The notes below the pieces were generated by a model. It worked only from the letters and a program-made list of their open reading frames with translations, searched no databases and was not told where the DNA came from. DNA of 64,000 nucleotides from contig NC_135908.1 of the NCBI RefSeq assembly GCF_964194155.1, positions 10,788,001 through 10,852,000 of the forward strand, given 5' to 3'. Both the position numbers and the translations under genes were made by a program. Shown here one piece after another: positions 1 to 12,300 of this stretch. Positions within the stretch are counted from its first letter, which is position 1. Each line of letters starts with the position of its first letter. The stretch comes from Cetorhinus maximus (Eukaryota).

Positions 1-567
1 CCCTGTTCAAATTCTCACCCACTTTGCTAGCTCTCGATTTGTTTACCTGATGTTGAGAGAATGCAGAGATAGAGGAGCCTGGTTTTTATCCCTTAACCCT
101 TTCCTATCCAGTGAGTCGAACATACATTCCATATTTCAGCCAATATGCAAAACCTACATTTGCAGGGCCTCAGGTAGTTTTAACAAAATGTTCAAGGACG
201 CGTATATCAGCTCATTTCCTCCCCCCCATTTCAGTATCCAGTTCCAAACGTGGAGCTCTGGGGAGTGTGAGGGCTGAACTCTAAATCGCTGCCCAACTTG
301 TCACGTTCGGTTCCAGTTTGGTACTTGGCAAATTAGACCCATGCTTGCTTTTATCCCTAGCTCAGAGATCTCTTGACTCTCCGGTAACATTCTTCAGTCA
401 TGAGATGAGCAGGAGCAGGCAGCACAAGCCAAGGTGCTGCAGGCTGAAGAAGAAGAGGATTGATAGTGGGGACAATGCTGCTGTCTCTATGGAGACAGGA
501 GATGAGGGGCCGAGGCGTTTCACACCCTGAATTAGGGGTACAGGACAGATCAGGGTTCCAGGATCAG

Positions 568-767
568 NNNNNNNNNNNNNNNNNNNNNNNNNNNNNNNNN
601 NNNNNNNNNNNNNNNNNNNNNNNNNNNNNNNNNNNNNNNNNNNNNNNNNNNNNNNNNNNNNNNNNNNNNNNNNNNNNNNNNNNNNNNNNNNNNNNNNNNN
701 NNNNNNNNNNNNNNNNNNNNNNNNNNNNNNNNNNNNNNNNNNNNNNNNNNNNNNNNNNNNNNNNNNN
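568..767. other. Assembly gap (200 N)
   Basis: Run of 200 n, a round number typical of a scaffold spacer. Confidence 0.99.
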
Positions 768-1149
768 AGCAAATAGGTCAGCACGAGCGATGGGCCGACA
801 CGAGGGCGATGGGTCGAAAGTTCCCCAGCGGGTCTGTTGGGGGGGTGGTGTTGGTGCTAAACCCCTTGCTCAGTCCCAGAATATTGGGGCCTCACTTTTA
901 ACAAAAATAACCAAGTTTGTGGAGCTGATGCTGAGGAAATTCACAGAACCAATTGCGTGGAGGCTTCAGGAGCCGGGGGGTAGGAAACGTGACAAGACGA
1001 GTTTACAAACTTTCCAAAACCCCGTCCTTTCCAGATGGCGGGACAGAGGCGTATGTGAGGGAAAAGCCAAGGTTTTTGACGGGCAGAAATGAAACTTGAC
1101 CCCTAGGGCAGGCAAGGAGATATTACAACAGGTGGGCAAAGGGCTGGTC

Positions 1150-1172
1150 AGAGAGAGAGAGAGAGAGAGAGG
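1150..1172. repeat. (AG)n microsatellite
   Basis: agagagagagagagagagaga. Confidence 0.85.
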
Positions 1173-2119
1173 GAGGTTTTAAGGAGCCTCTTAAAGAGAG
1201 ATGGGAGGGAATTCCTGCCAGTGGTGAAACAACGGAAATCAGGGATGCGAAGGTGAGAGGAGTGTAGATGTTTTGGAGGTTTGTGGAGAGTGCAGGAATG
1301 CAGGGACAAGGCCACGTAGGGATTTTAAAACCAAAAGATAAGGATTTTTAAATTGCGGTGTTGTCTTAACTGTTCAAGTAGATTCTGATTGCCTCATGTT
1401 CCACTGCACACTGTGGGGATCGATTTATAATCAGTGTAAATGTGGGACTGTGCAGAAACTGACCCAAACCATAGGTTCCAGTTACATAGGCCAGGTCACA
1501 TGGAGTTGATCAAGGGAGAATGGCACATTCCACTGTTAGCTGCACTGCTGCAGCACTGTTTCAAGGTGGAGTGAATTATCTGCTCGATAATTGCCAAGGC
1601 TCAAGGTCCCTTGAATATATCCTCTAACCTGGGGCAGATTGAGACCCCCAGCTGCTGCAGTGGTGTCACACCGTCTCTCAAAAGTTTCAGTTACTCTGGT
1701 GTGATTTTGCGAGGAGTTGAGCGCAGGATAACAATGTCACAATGCCAGACGAGAGGAAGGAGAGAGCTCTCCTTGGTCTGGCCAGGATCACATGCTTCAA
1801 CAAAAATAATTTATTTCTATCAAGTGAACCTGGAACGTTTTCTCTGATTCTGCCACATCCTTTGTGAGTTTTCTACATGGGCAGCAGCAGTCACTAGCAT
1901 GGCAATCATTTGGGAGGCCTTCATCTTAGGAACCCTAATACAGTCTGAAATGAGCTGTTGGTCTCTGTGGTGGTTACCATAACTCCATAAACAAATATCT
2001 CCTCGGTATTAAAGCCTGTTCTTCAAATAGAATACAAACTACTCAAAACATCCCCTTGCGCTTTTAATCTTTCAGAAGGTTGGCACTGTGGGAGTACCGC
2101 ACTGTCAGACAGTTGGCGC

Positions 2120-2345
2120 AAAACCTTTTCACCCATAGGGTTGTGGGGACCTGGAACACTCTGCCTGAAAGGGTGGTTGATGCAGAAAGCCTCAAAATAT
2201 GTACTTGGATATGCACTTGAAGTGCTGTTCCCTACCAGGTTATGGATGAAGAGCTGGAAAGTGGACTTAGGCTGGATGCCTATTTGTTAGCTGGTTCAAA
2301 CATGATGGGCTGAATGCCCTTCTTCCGTGCTATGTTTCTATGCTA
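2120..2345 (+). mobile_element. CR1 LINE 3' end fragment
   Basis: FFTHRVVGTWNTLPERVV-like remnant plus CR1-type 3' UTR (gatgggctgaatgccct). Confidence 0.7.
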
Positions 2346-2979
2346 ATTTTTAACTTTGTGCCATTAAACTGTGCAATGATATAAAGTGAGCGATGGGATT
2401 ACTCAGTCCACATAAGCCATGTTGAACTGGATTTTGATGAGTGGGAGGTATTTAGTCACAAGTAGGTAGCGTTCCCGTCCCTGCGTTGATACCACCGTAT
2501 CTGTAATAATGAGAGAGGTGTTCCACTGAGTTACGTTGAACACTTTCAGCCAGTGCTACACTCGTGATAACAGTGATTGAATGACTCACTCACATGGCAA
2601 TGGGTTTTAATAATCCAACAGAAAAGTTATTGTTTAACCCACCAAAAAGAATGTGTTTAATGCAGTGTGAACAGATTAAGAAATGGCAGGGAAGAATGAA
2701 TATCTCATGCACACGATAGAAAGGCACAGACTTGTAACTAGCTGTCGCAGTGACTGGATGTTTGATTATTTTTCCTGATGATGAACTGGGTGCTATTTCT
2801 GACTGCTGCTTTCCCCTCCACCCCTTTCTCGGTGCTAGAATTGGTTTGTGGCCCGTTCTCATCAGCCCACACCCACATACACTGTTGAAAACATCTTGTG
2901 TCTGTTTAATGAATTTTAAAATAACTATCTTTGACGGGTATTTGCATCTCAGTGCCCTTCTCACACCAGTTTCCAGCAC

Positions 2980-3210
2980 TAGAAATATAGGAACAGAAGG
3001 AGGTAATTCAGCCCTTTGAACCTGTTATACTTTTTAATTAGATTATGGCTGATCTGTCTTAACTTCATCTACCTGCCTTGGTTCCATAACCCTTAATACC
3101 CTTGCCAGCAGAAAATATATCTGTTGCAGTTTTGACATTTTCAATCAGCCTCAATAGCTTTTATGGGGTGAGTGTTCCAGATTTCCACTGCCATTTGTGT
3201 GAAAAATATC
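2980..3210 (-). mobile_element. CR1 LINE 3' end fragment
   Basis: tagaaatataggaacagaaggagg...gttccagatttccac, reverse of a CR1 tail. Confidence 0.6.
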
Positions 3211-4049
3211 TGCTGGAATTTTGAGGTTATTTGGTTACTCGGGATGTTACAGTCAAACCCTTTCTGTCCTTGTGTGATGTTAATAAATATTCCCTTCAAG
3301 CATTTATAATTTTTGTTGTACCAGCAAAAATCTTCCAGACAGAACAGGATCTTGTAAAACTCTCAAAAACTGCAGGGATTCAGGACTGTTTTCAAACAAA
3401 AACCAGCTTAAAAGCAAAAACGAGTTAGGAGTGATTTTAGAATTTAGGCATATCTCCTTGAAAGTGGGCTTAAAAAAATCAATGGGTGGAAGGGAACATT
3501 TATTTGGACTGAATTTTAAAAGTACTGATTTATTGTGTGAGATTTAGGCACAAATAGTATCTGAAATGATACCAAGTTGGAGGGGTACAAAGTGCTTGGC
3601 TTAAACCTGTGGCTGAGGCAGGTAGTGCGGTATCTTTGGACTGGAATTTTCATGCAGTTTCTGCCCAGCAGTATGAGGGTGTTTGGTCTGTAATAGGCTG
3701 CACTCTCCGACTAACTGTACAACTGGCCGGCACTCCCAAACGCAGGGCCAGCAGTCGCTAATGAGGCAGTTTTACAACCTGGAGTCTGCGCCCCGGCTGC
3801 ACGTTCCTTAAGTTTTTGATATGAAGCAGCAGATGGTTGGTTATGAATACGCAAACATGTCACGTTTTTTTAACTGATTTATAACCAAGTTGAGTGGGAG
3901 CATTTGTAATCCTGCTGGGAGAATGGAGTATACCCCCGGTATGGAGTGATGTGTTAATTAAACCTCTGAGCAGTGAGATACTACACAATAATAGCTCTCC
4001 TTCATTAAATCAGAAATTTTCTGCCAATATCAAACAGTAGGTCGATGCC

Positions 4050-4680
4050 CTAGAATCAAAATGTTTATGGCACAGAAAGAAGCCACTCTGCCCATCATGT
4101 CTGTACCAGCCGAAAAAGGAGCCACCCAGCTTAATCCCACTTTCCAGCGCTTAGTCTGTAGCCCTGCAGGTTACGGAACTTGAGGCGCATAGACAGACAC
4201 CTTTTAAATGAGTCGAGGGTTTCTGTCTCTGCTACCCTTTCAGGCAGTGAGTTCCAGACCCCTACAACCCTCTGGGTAAAAAAAAACTTTCCTCATCTCC
4301 CCTCTAATTTTTCTACCTAGACACTGACCTCTCTGCTAAGGTAAGTAGGCCCTTCCCATCCACTCTTATCAGGCCCCTCACAATGTTGTACATCTCACTC
4401 AATTCTCCCCTCAGTCTCCTCTGTTCCAAGGAGAACACCCCCAGCCTATCCAATTTTTCGTCAGCTGCAATTTTCCAGCCCTGGCAACATCCTCATAAAT
4501 CTGCTCTGTAACCCCTCTAGTGCAATTACAACCTTTCTGTCATGAGGTGACCAGAACTACACACAGTATCAAGTCGTGGCCTAGCTAATGCTTTGTATAG
4601 TTCCAGCATAACCTCCCTGCTCTTATATTCTATACCTTGACTAATAAATGAAAGGATTCCATATGCCTTCTTAACCCCAT
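4050..4680 (-). mobile_element. CR1 LINE 3' fragment
   Basis: Reverse complement of the ORF2 C-terminus and 3' UTR seen in the + strand copies. Confidence 0.8.
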
Positions 4681-5029
4681 CTTAACTTTTTAAAAAATCT
4701 TTCACGGGATATGAACATCGCTAGCTGGGCCAGCATTTATTGCCCATCCTTAATTACCCTTGAGAAGGTGGTAGTGAGCTGCCGTCTTGAACTGCTGCAG
4801 TCCATGTGGAGTAGGTACCCCCACAGCACTGTTAGGGATTATTTGTTGAAGTGTTTTTAATCTTTCAACATTGCCCTTGGTTTTTTATGAGTCAAGCTGC
4901 AGATCATCAGAATGGAAGAATATAATCACTTGCTTATTTCATGCACCCAGTTTTAGCATTAACCCCTCAACCTGGTCAGGTACAGCACAGCCAGCTGCAA
5001 AGTGACTTCCTAACCTTGCTATCCTTATT

Positions 5030-5835
5030 TCTTTGACCTAAACAGGAAAGCACAGGGTATTTTCTAAATGGTGAAAAGCTAAAAAATAGTGAGCCCAGTA
5101 TATAGATCATCAAAATGTCAAGAAAAATTCAGAAAGGCTGATACAATGCTGGCCTTTATATCCTGAGGGCTAGAGTACAAAGGAGTAGAAGTCACGCTTC
5201 AGCTATACAAAGCCATGTTTTGTCTGGAGTACTTGAGCAGTTCTGGTTACCACACCTTAGGAAGGATATATTGGCTGAGGAGGGAGTGCAGCATGATTTA
5301 CCAGAAGAATACATGGACTCCAAGGGTTAGATTAGGAGAGATTACTCAAACCAAGTTGCAGTTCCTGGAATTTAGGTGGTTAGGAGAGATTTGATCAAAG
5401 TTTTCAAGAAACAGGGTAGCCGAGATTGTAGATTTCTGCTGATTGGGGAGTCCAGGATGAGGTGGCATAGTCTCTAAATTAAAGCTTTACTTTACTCACA
5501 AAAGGTGGTAGAAATTTGGAGCTCTTTTCTGTAAATGGCAAGTGATGCTGGATCTATTGGAATTTTAAATCTGAGATTGATAAATTTTGTTAACCAGAGG
5601 TATTAGAGGATAAAAACAAAAAACTACTGTGGACGCTGGAAATCCAAAACAAAAACAGAATTACCTGGAAAAACTCAGCAGGTCTGGCAGCATCGGCGGA
5701 GAAGAAAAGAGTCGACGTTTCGAGCCCTCATTAGAGGATGTGGGTTGGTATGTGCATTTAGGTCGCAGATCAGCCATGAACTCATTGAATGGTGGAACAG
5801 GCTCAAGGGGCTAAATGACTTCCCATGCTCTGATG
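5030..5835 (+). mobile_element. Old CR1 LINE 3' fragment interrupted by a short insertion
   Basis: Degenerate ORF2 C-terminus (ctggagtac...cagttctgg...aggaaggata) and 3' UTR, split at 5612-5729. Confidence 0.7.
5612..5729 (-). mobile_element. Penelope-like terminal fragment with 10-bp TSD
   Basis: aaactcagcaggtctggcagcatc...gacgtttcgag; direct repeat attagaggat at 5602-5611 and 5730-5739. Confidence 0.65.
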
Positions 5836-6224
5836 TTTCCCCAGCGCAGAAGGTGGATGAATGCAGTTTTAAAACCTTATATATAAAAAAAAAATCAAAT
5901 TTTAAAATCTTATATATAAAAATAATAAATTTTAGTTTTCAGATTGCCTATGCGCATAACACCAGAATTAAGAATGGAAGTTTACAAAAACTATACTGAA
6001 TGCAATCATTTTTCTTGATCCCTTTCTTTCCACGACTCCTTCCCCCACCAACTCAAACAAAACTTGGCCTAGACCCTATTTGGAATAAGTAGGTTATGAA
6101 ATGTTGGGCTGAAAACCATAGCCTTTGATACTAGAGTTATAATCCACAGTTTGATACCTTTCAGGGAGGGAGCAGGTTGAGGTGGAGACCAAGGTACTTC
6201 TAATGCCCAGTTGCTTTGTTTCAG

Positions 6225-6361
6225 GTGAACTTGTGGTGAGTGAGACCAGTAATGTTAGAAAATGTATCGCTACGGACACGAGTGCACACGACCTCTATGG
6301 GACATTGCTATGCACCAACTTCAAGATCTCCTTCATTACAAAGGATGTGACACCTTTTCGG
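6225..6361 (+). CDS. MTMR10: MTMR10 coding exon (ortholog exon 3)
   Basis: tttcag|GT GAA...CGG|gtttgt; GELVVSETSNVRKCIATDTSAHDLYGTLLCTNFKISFITKDVTPFR. Confidence 0.92.
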
Positions 6362-9300
6362 GTTTGTACATTCTTGTAAACATGCAACATATTAGTAAAA
6401 TTTCTTTATCATAAGCATAAATATATTGGAACTTGCATTTCATAGAACTCTAGACGAGAGAAAATTGAATTGTTCTACTTAAAGCAGTAAAAGATATGTG
6501 GAGATTTAATAGAACTGTTCAAATTCAAAAAGGATTTTGATGAAGTAAATAATGAGAAATTGTTTCCACTGATGTAAGGGCCAGTGATCAGAGGATATGG
6601 ATTTGATATCCTCTGATATCAAAGGACCTGAGGGGGAGATGAAGAGAACTTTTTTTTTTGCAGTGAGTTATGATCTGGAATGCACTGCCTGAAAGATAAG
6701 GTGGATTCAAAATTGGCTTAGTTATAGGAGACAGAGGGTGATGACGGAAGGATGCTTTAGTGACTGGAAGCCAGAGTCCAGTGGAGTACCACAGGGATCT
6801 GTGCTGGGCCCCCTATTATTCTCCATTTATATAAACGACATAGATGACTATGTGGGGGATAGGATTAGTAAGTTTGTGGAGAACACAAAGATTGGCCGGA
6901 TGGTTAACAGTGAAGTTGAGTGTCTTGAGCTACAGGACAATATAGACGGGATGGTCAAATGGGCAGATAAGTGGCAGATGGAATTTAACCCTGAAAAGTG
7001 AGAGGTGATACATTTTGGAAGGAGTAATTTGATAAGGAAGTATTCAATGAATGGCATGACACTAGGATGTTCTGAGGAACAAAGGGACTTTGGCGTGTGC
7101 GTCCATAGATCGCTGAAGGCGGAGGGGCATGTTAGTGGGGTGGTGAAAAAGGCATATGGGACACTTGCCTTTATCAATCGAGGCATAGATTACAAAAATA
7201 GGGAGGTCATGTTGGAGTTGTATAGAACCTTGGTGAGGCCACAGCTGGAGTACTGTGTGCAGTTCTGGTTGCCACATTATAGGAAGAATGTGATTGCACT
7301 GGAGGGGGTGCAGAGGAGATTCATCAGGATGTTGCCTGGGATGAAACATTTAAGTTATGAAGAGAGGTTGGATAGACTTGGGTTGTTTTCGTTGGAGCAG
7401 AGAAGACTGAGGGGCGACCTGATTGAGGTGTACAAGATTATGAGGGGCATAGCTAGGGTGGGCAGGGAGCAGCTGTTTCCCTTAGTTGAAGGGTCAGTCA
7501 CGAGGGGACATAAGTTCAAGGTGAGGGGCAGGAGGTTTAGGGGGGATGTGAGGAGAAACTTTTTTATCCAGAGGGCGGTGACGGTCTGGAATGCACTGCC
7601 TGGGAGGGTGGTGGAGGCGGGTTGCCTCACATCCTTTAAAAAGCACCTGGACGAGCACTTGGCTCGTCATAACATTCAAGGCTATGGGCCAAGTGCTGGT
7701 AAATGGGATTAGGTAGGTAGGTCAGGTGTTTCTCACGTATCAGTGCAGACTCGATGGGCCGAAGGGCCTCTTCTGTACTCTGTGATTCTATTTGAGACTG
7801 TGGCTAAGAGGAACTAAGGTAGTCGGCTAAGAACAGGGGTTGAAGGGACTTCTTGAAAGAGGTGAGACTGTTAAGGCTGTGTAGGAATGGCAGGAAAGAG
7901 GCAATGTGAGAGGGTTGGGGGTTCAATGATGTGATTGTTAGGGGAATGTAGGGGGAAAAGGAGGGACAAGTGGATAGCCCAAGTTTAGAAAATTATATAA
8001 TGAGAGCCTTAGATCAAATAATGCACACTGTACATCAATGAGGGGAGTGTTTATTGGGTAGTGCACAGACTTTAATATGACATGGGAGCATTATACTGGG
8101 TAATGCAGTCAGCATCATGGTGAAGCAGTCTGGGAAGAGCATCCTTCAGTCAGCATCGCGGTGAAGCAGTCTGGAAAGAGCATCCTGCAGTCAGCATTGC
8201 GGTGACGCAGTCTGGGAGAGTGTCCTGCAGTCAGAGGGGAAGAGCAATAGTGGTGGAAGACTCGATAGTAAGGGGAACAGACAAGCATTTCTGTGGCTGT
8301 AGACATGACACCAGGATGGTATTTTGCCTCCCTGGTCAGGGTCAAGGATGTCACTGAACGGCTGCAGGATATTCTAAAGGAGGAGGGCAAACAGATCGTG
8401 GTACATATTGGTACCAACGACATAGGTTGAAAGAAGGATGAGGTCCTGCAAGCAGAATTTAGGGAGCTAGGAAGCAGATTAAAAAACAGGACCTCAAAGG
8501 TAGTAATCTCTGGATTACTTCCAGCACCACGCGCTAGTGAGTATAGAAATAGGAGGTTAGTCCAGATGAATGCGTGGCTGGAGAGATGGTGCTGGAGGGA
8601 GGGCTTTAGATTTCTGGGACATTGGGACCATTTCTCAGGGCAGTGGGACCTGTACAAGGCGGACGGGTTGCACCTGAACCGGAATGGGACCAACATCCTT
8701 ACGGGGAGGTTCGCTAGTGCTGTTGGGGAGGGTTTAAATTAACTTGGCAGGGGACGGGATCCTGAGAGAAGGTTCAGCAGGGGGAGATGCACGGCCAAAA
8801 TTAGAAGAGAGAGCAAGTCAGTCTGGAAGGCAGAGAAATTATAGGCCAGTTAAGGTACAAAGGAGTTTGGCAAAGTTGGATGGTATTTATTTTAATGCAA
8901 GGAGTTTGAGGAATAAGGCAGATGAGTTGAGGGCACAAATTAACACATGGAAGTATAATGTCATTGCTGTCACAGAGACATGGTTGAGAGAGAGGCGGGA
9001 TTGGCAGCTCAATATTCCAGGATATAGGGTCTTCAGGCAAGACAGGGAAGGAGGTAAAAGAGGGGGTATCGCAATATTGATCAAGGAATCAATTACAGCA
9101 GTAAGGAGGGATGACAGCTTATAAGGCTCCTCAAATGAAGCCATATGGGTAGAACTGAAAAACAAAAAAGGAGCAATCACATCGCTGGGAGTGTACTTTA
9201 GGCCCCCAAACAGCCAGAGAGAAATAGAAGAGTAGATATGTAGGCAAATTTCAGAGAAGTGTAAAAATAATAGGGTGGTAATAGTGGGGATTTCAACTTC

Positions 9301-12300
9301 CCCAACATTAACTGCGTTAGCCATAGTGATAGGTTTAGAGGGAGTGGAATTCTTAAAATGCATCCAGGGGAGCTTTTTAAGCCAGTACATAGAAGGTCCT
9401 ACAAGAGAGGGGGCGATCCTGGACTTAATTTTAGGGAATGAAGCTGGGCAAGTGAAGAGGTATAAGTGGGGGAGCAATTTGCAGATAGTGATCATAACTC
9501 CGTTAGATTCAAGGTTGTTATGGAAAAAGCAAGGATGGACCCTAGAAATCAGAGTTCTAAATTGGGGGAAGGCCAATTTTAATAAGATCAGATATGATTT
9601 GGCTAGAGTGGACTGGGAGCAGCTACTTTTAGGTAAATCTGCGTCAGAGCAGTGGGACTCATTCAAGCAGGGAGAGTACAGGGCCAACGTATTCCAGTAA
9701 AGAGAAAGGTGGGACCAACAAATCCAGGGAACCATGGATGTCGAGGGACATACAGGATTGGATAAAGAGAAAAAGGGAGGCTTATGGCAGATACTGAGGG
9801 CTCAAAACAGTGGAAGCCCTAGACAAGTATAGAATGTGTAGGGGGGAACTTAAAAAGGAAATTAGGAGAGCAAAAAGGGGGCATTAATAAACATTGGCAG
9901 GTAAAATAAAGGAAAATCCAAAGTTATTTTACGAGTACATTAAGAGTAAGAGGATAACTAGGGAATGAGTAGGGCCCATTAAGGACCATAGTCGTAATTT
10001 GTGTATGGAACCAGAAGACGGAAGTAGGGTTCTAAATGAGTACTTTGTGTCGGCGTTCACAAGTGAGAGGGACAATGTGGGTATGGAAATCAGGCAGAAG
10101 GACTGTAATATAATTGAAGAAATTAGCATAGAAAGTAGATAAATCTCCAGGCCTGGATGAAATGTATCCCAGGATGTTGAGTGAAACAAGGGAGGAGATA
10201 GCAGGGGTACTACCAATAATTTTCAATACCTCTCTGGCCACAGGAGAGGTGCCAGAGGACCGGAGGACAGCCAATGTGGCACTGTTATTCAAGAAGGGAG
10301 GAAGGGATAAACCAGGGAACTACAGGGCAGTCAGTCTAACCTCAGTGGTGGGGAAACTATTGGAAGCAATTCTAAGGAACAGAATTAACCTACACTTAGA
10401 GAGGCAGGGATTAATCAAGGACAGTCAGCATGGCTTTGTTAAGGGGAGGTCATGTCTGACCAATTTGATTGAATTTTTCGAAGAGGTGACCAGGTGTGCT
10501 GATGAGGGCAATGCATTTGACGTAGTCTACTTGGACTTAAGCAAGGCTTTTGATAAGGTCCCGCATGGGCGACTGATAACGAAGGTAAGAGCCCGTGGGA
10601 TCCAGACAACTTGGCAAATTGGATCCAGAATTGGCTGAGTGGCAGGAAGCAGAGGGTGATGGTCGAGTGGTGTTTTTGTGACTGGATGCCGGTGTCCAGT
10701 GGGGTTCCACAGGGATCGGTGTTGGGTCCCTTGCTGTTTGTGGTATATATGAACGATTTAGACTTGAATGTAGAAGGGTTCAACAGTAAGTTCAAAGATG
10801 ACACGAAAATTGGTGGGGTGGTAAATAGTAAGGAGGATAGCCTTAGATTACAGGAGGATATAGACGGGTTGGTTAGATGGGCTGATCAGTGACAAAGGGA
10901 ATTTAATCTGGATAAGTGAGGTGATGCACTTGGGCAGGACAAACAAGGCATGGGAATACATGATGAATGGTAGGACCTTGGGAAGTACCGAGGATCAGAG
11001 GGACCTTGGTGTGCATGTCCACTGGTCTCTTAATGGGACAAGTAGATAAGGTGGTTAAGAAGGCATATGAGATACTTGTCTTTATTATCCGAGGCATAGA
11101 ATATAAGAGCAGGGAGGTTATGCTGGAACTGTATAAAACGCTGGTTAGGCCACAGCTAGAGTATTGCGTGCAGTTCTGGAATCCACATTATAGGAAGGAT
11201 GCGATTGCACTAAGGAGAGTGCAGAGGAGATTTACCAGGATGTTGCCTGGGCTGGAGAGTTTTAGTTATAAGGAGAGATTGGATAGACTGGGGTTATTTT
11301 CCCTGGAGCAGAGGAGATTGATGGGGGACATGATTGAGGTGTATAAAATTATGAGGGGTGTAGATAGGGTAGACAAGGAGGAACTTTTCCACTTGGTGGA
11401 GGGATCAATAATCAGGGGGCATAGATTTAAGGTAAAGGGCAGAAGGTTTAGAGGGGATGTGAGGAAGAATTTTTTCACCCAGAGGGTGGTGGGAATCTGG
11501 AACTCATTACCTGAAAGGGTGGTAGAGACAGAAACCCTCATAACATTTAAGAAGTATTTGGATGTGCACTTGCGATGCCATGGCATACAATGCTATGAAC
11601 CCAGTGCTTGAAAATGGGATTAGAATAGTTAGGTACTTGTTTGACTGGCGCAAACTCGATGGGCTGAAGGGCCTTTTTCTGAACTGTGGACCTCTATGAC
11701 TCTATATGACTCTATAATGCGCAGTGTTAACTCTATAATGCACAGTGTTATATATAAATGAGGGGAGTGTTATACTGGTTAGTGTGCAGTGTGTTTCAGG
11801 TCAATGAGGCGAATGCTATACAGTGTAACACACGGTTTTCTATAACAGTGATGGGAATGTTATGCTGGGTAGTGCACAGCATGTCATAGGACACTAAATG
11901 GATTGTTTTACTGGGTAGCGCACAGTCAGGGATAGCTTATACTTTATGGTCCTTTCCAGATAGACAATCTGAGGAAAGCTTTCTGCTTCTCTTGTCTCGT
12001 CTCTAATCACTGCCCCATTCATCTGTGCCTATTAAGAAACTTAAGTGGTGTAGTTGTCTGAGAGGAAGCACGTGCCCAGACAGGTTCATAAAATGAAGAA
12101 TTGGGACTGGCTGTTTAGCAGGAGGAGCGGAAAGCCTGTGTTAATCACCTCTCATTTCGTCACTGTAAACAAACCACATGCAGCTGAGGTGAGAATAACA
12201 GGAATATCACAGAGTCTTAACGGCACAGAAGGAGGCCATTCGGCTCATCATGTCTGCACTGGCTCTCCAAATGAGCATTATGACCTAGTACCATTGCCCT

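Noticed and set aside
460-1092. 210-aa ORF
   Set aside because: It spans the N gap, so its continuity is artefactual.
5867-5937. Two copies of ttttaaaa(c/t)cttatatataaaaa
   Set aside because: Simple AT-rich local duplication with no supportable function.
7005-7712. 235-aa open frame suggesting an active or domesticated gene
   Set aside because: It is the C-terminus of CR1 ORF2 in a 5'-truncated copy with an upstream stop codon.
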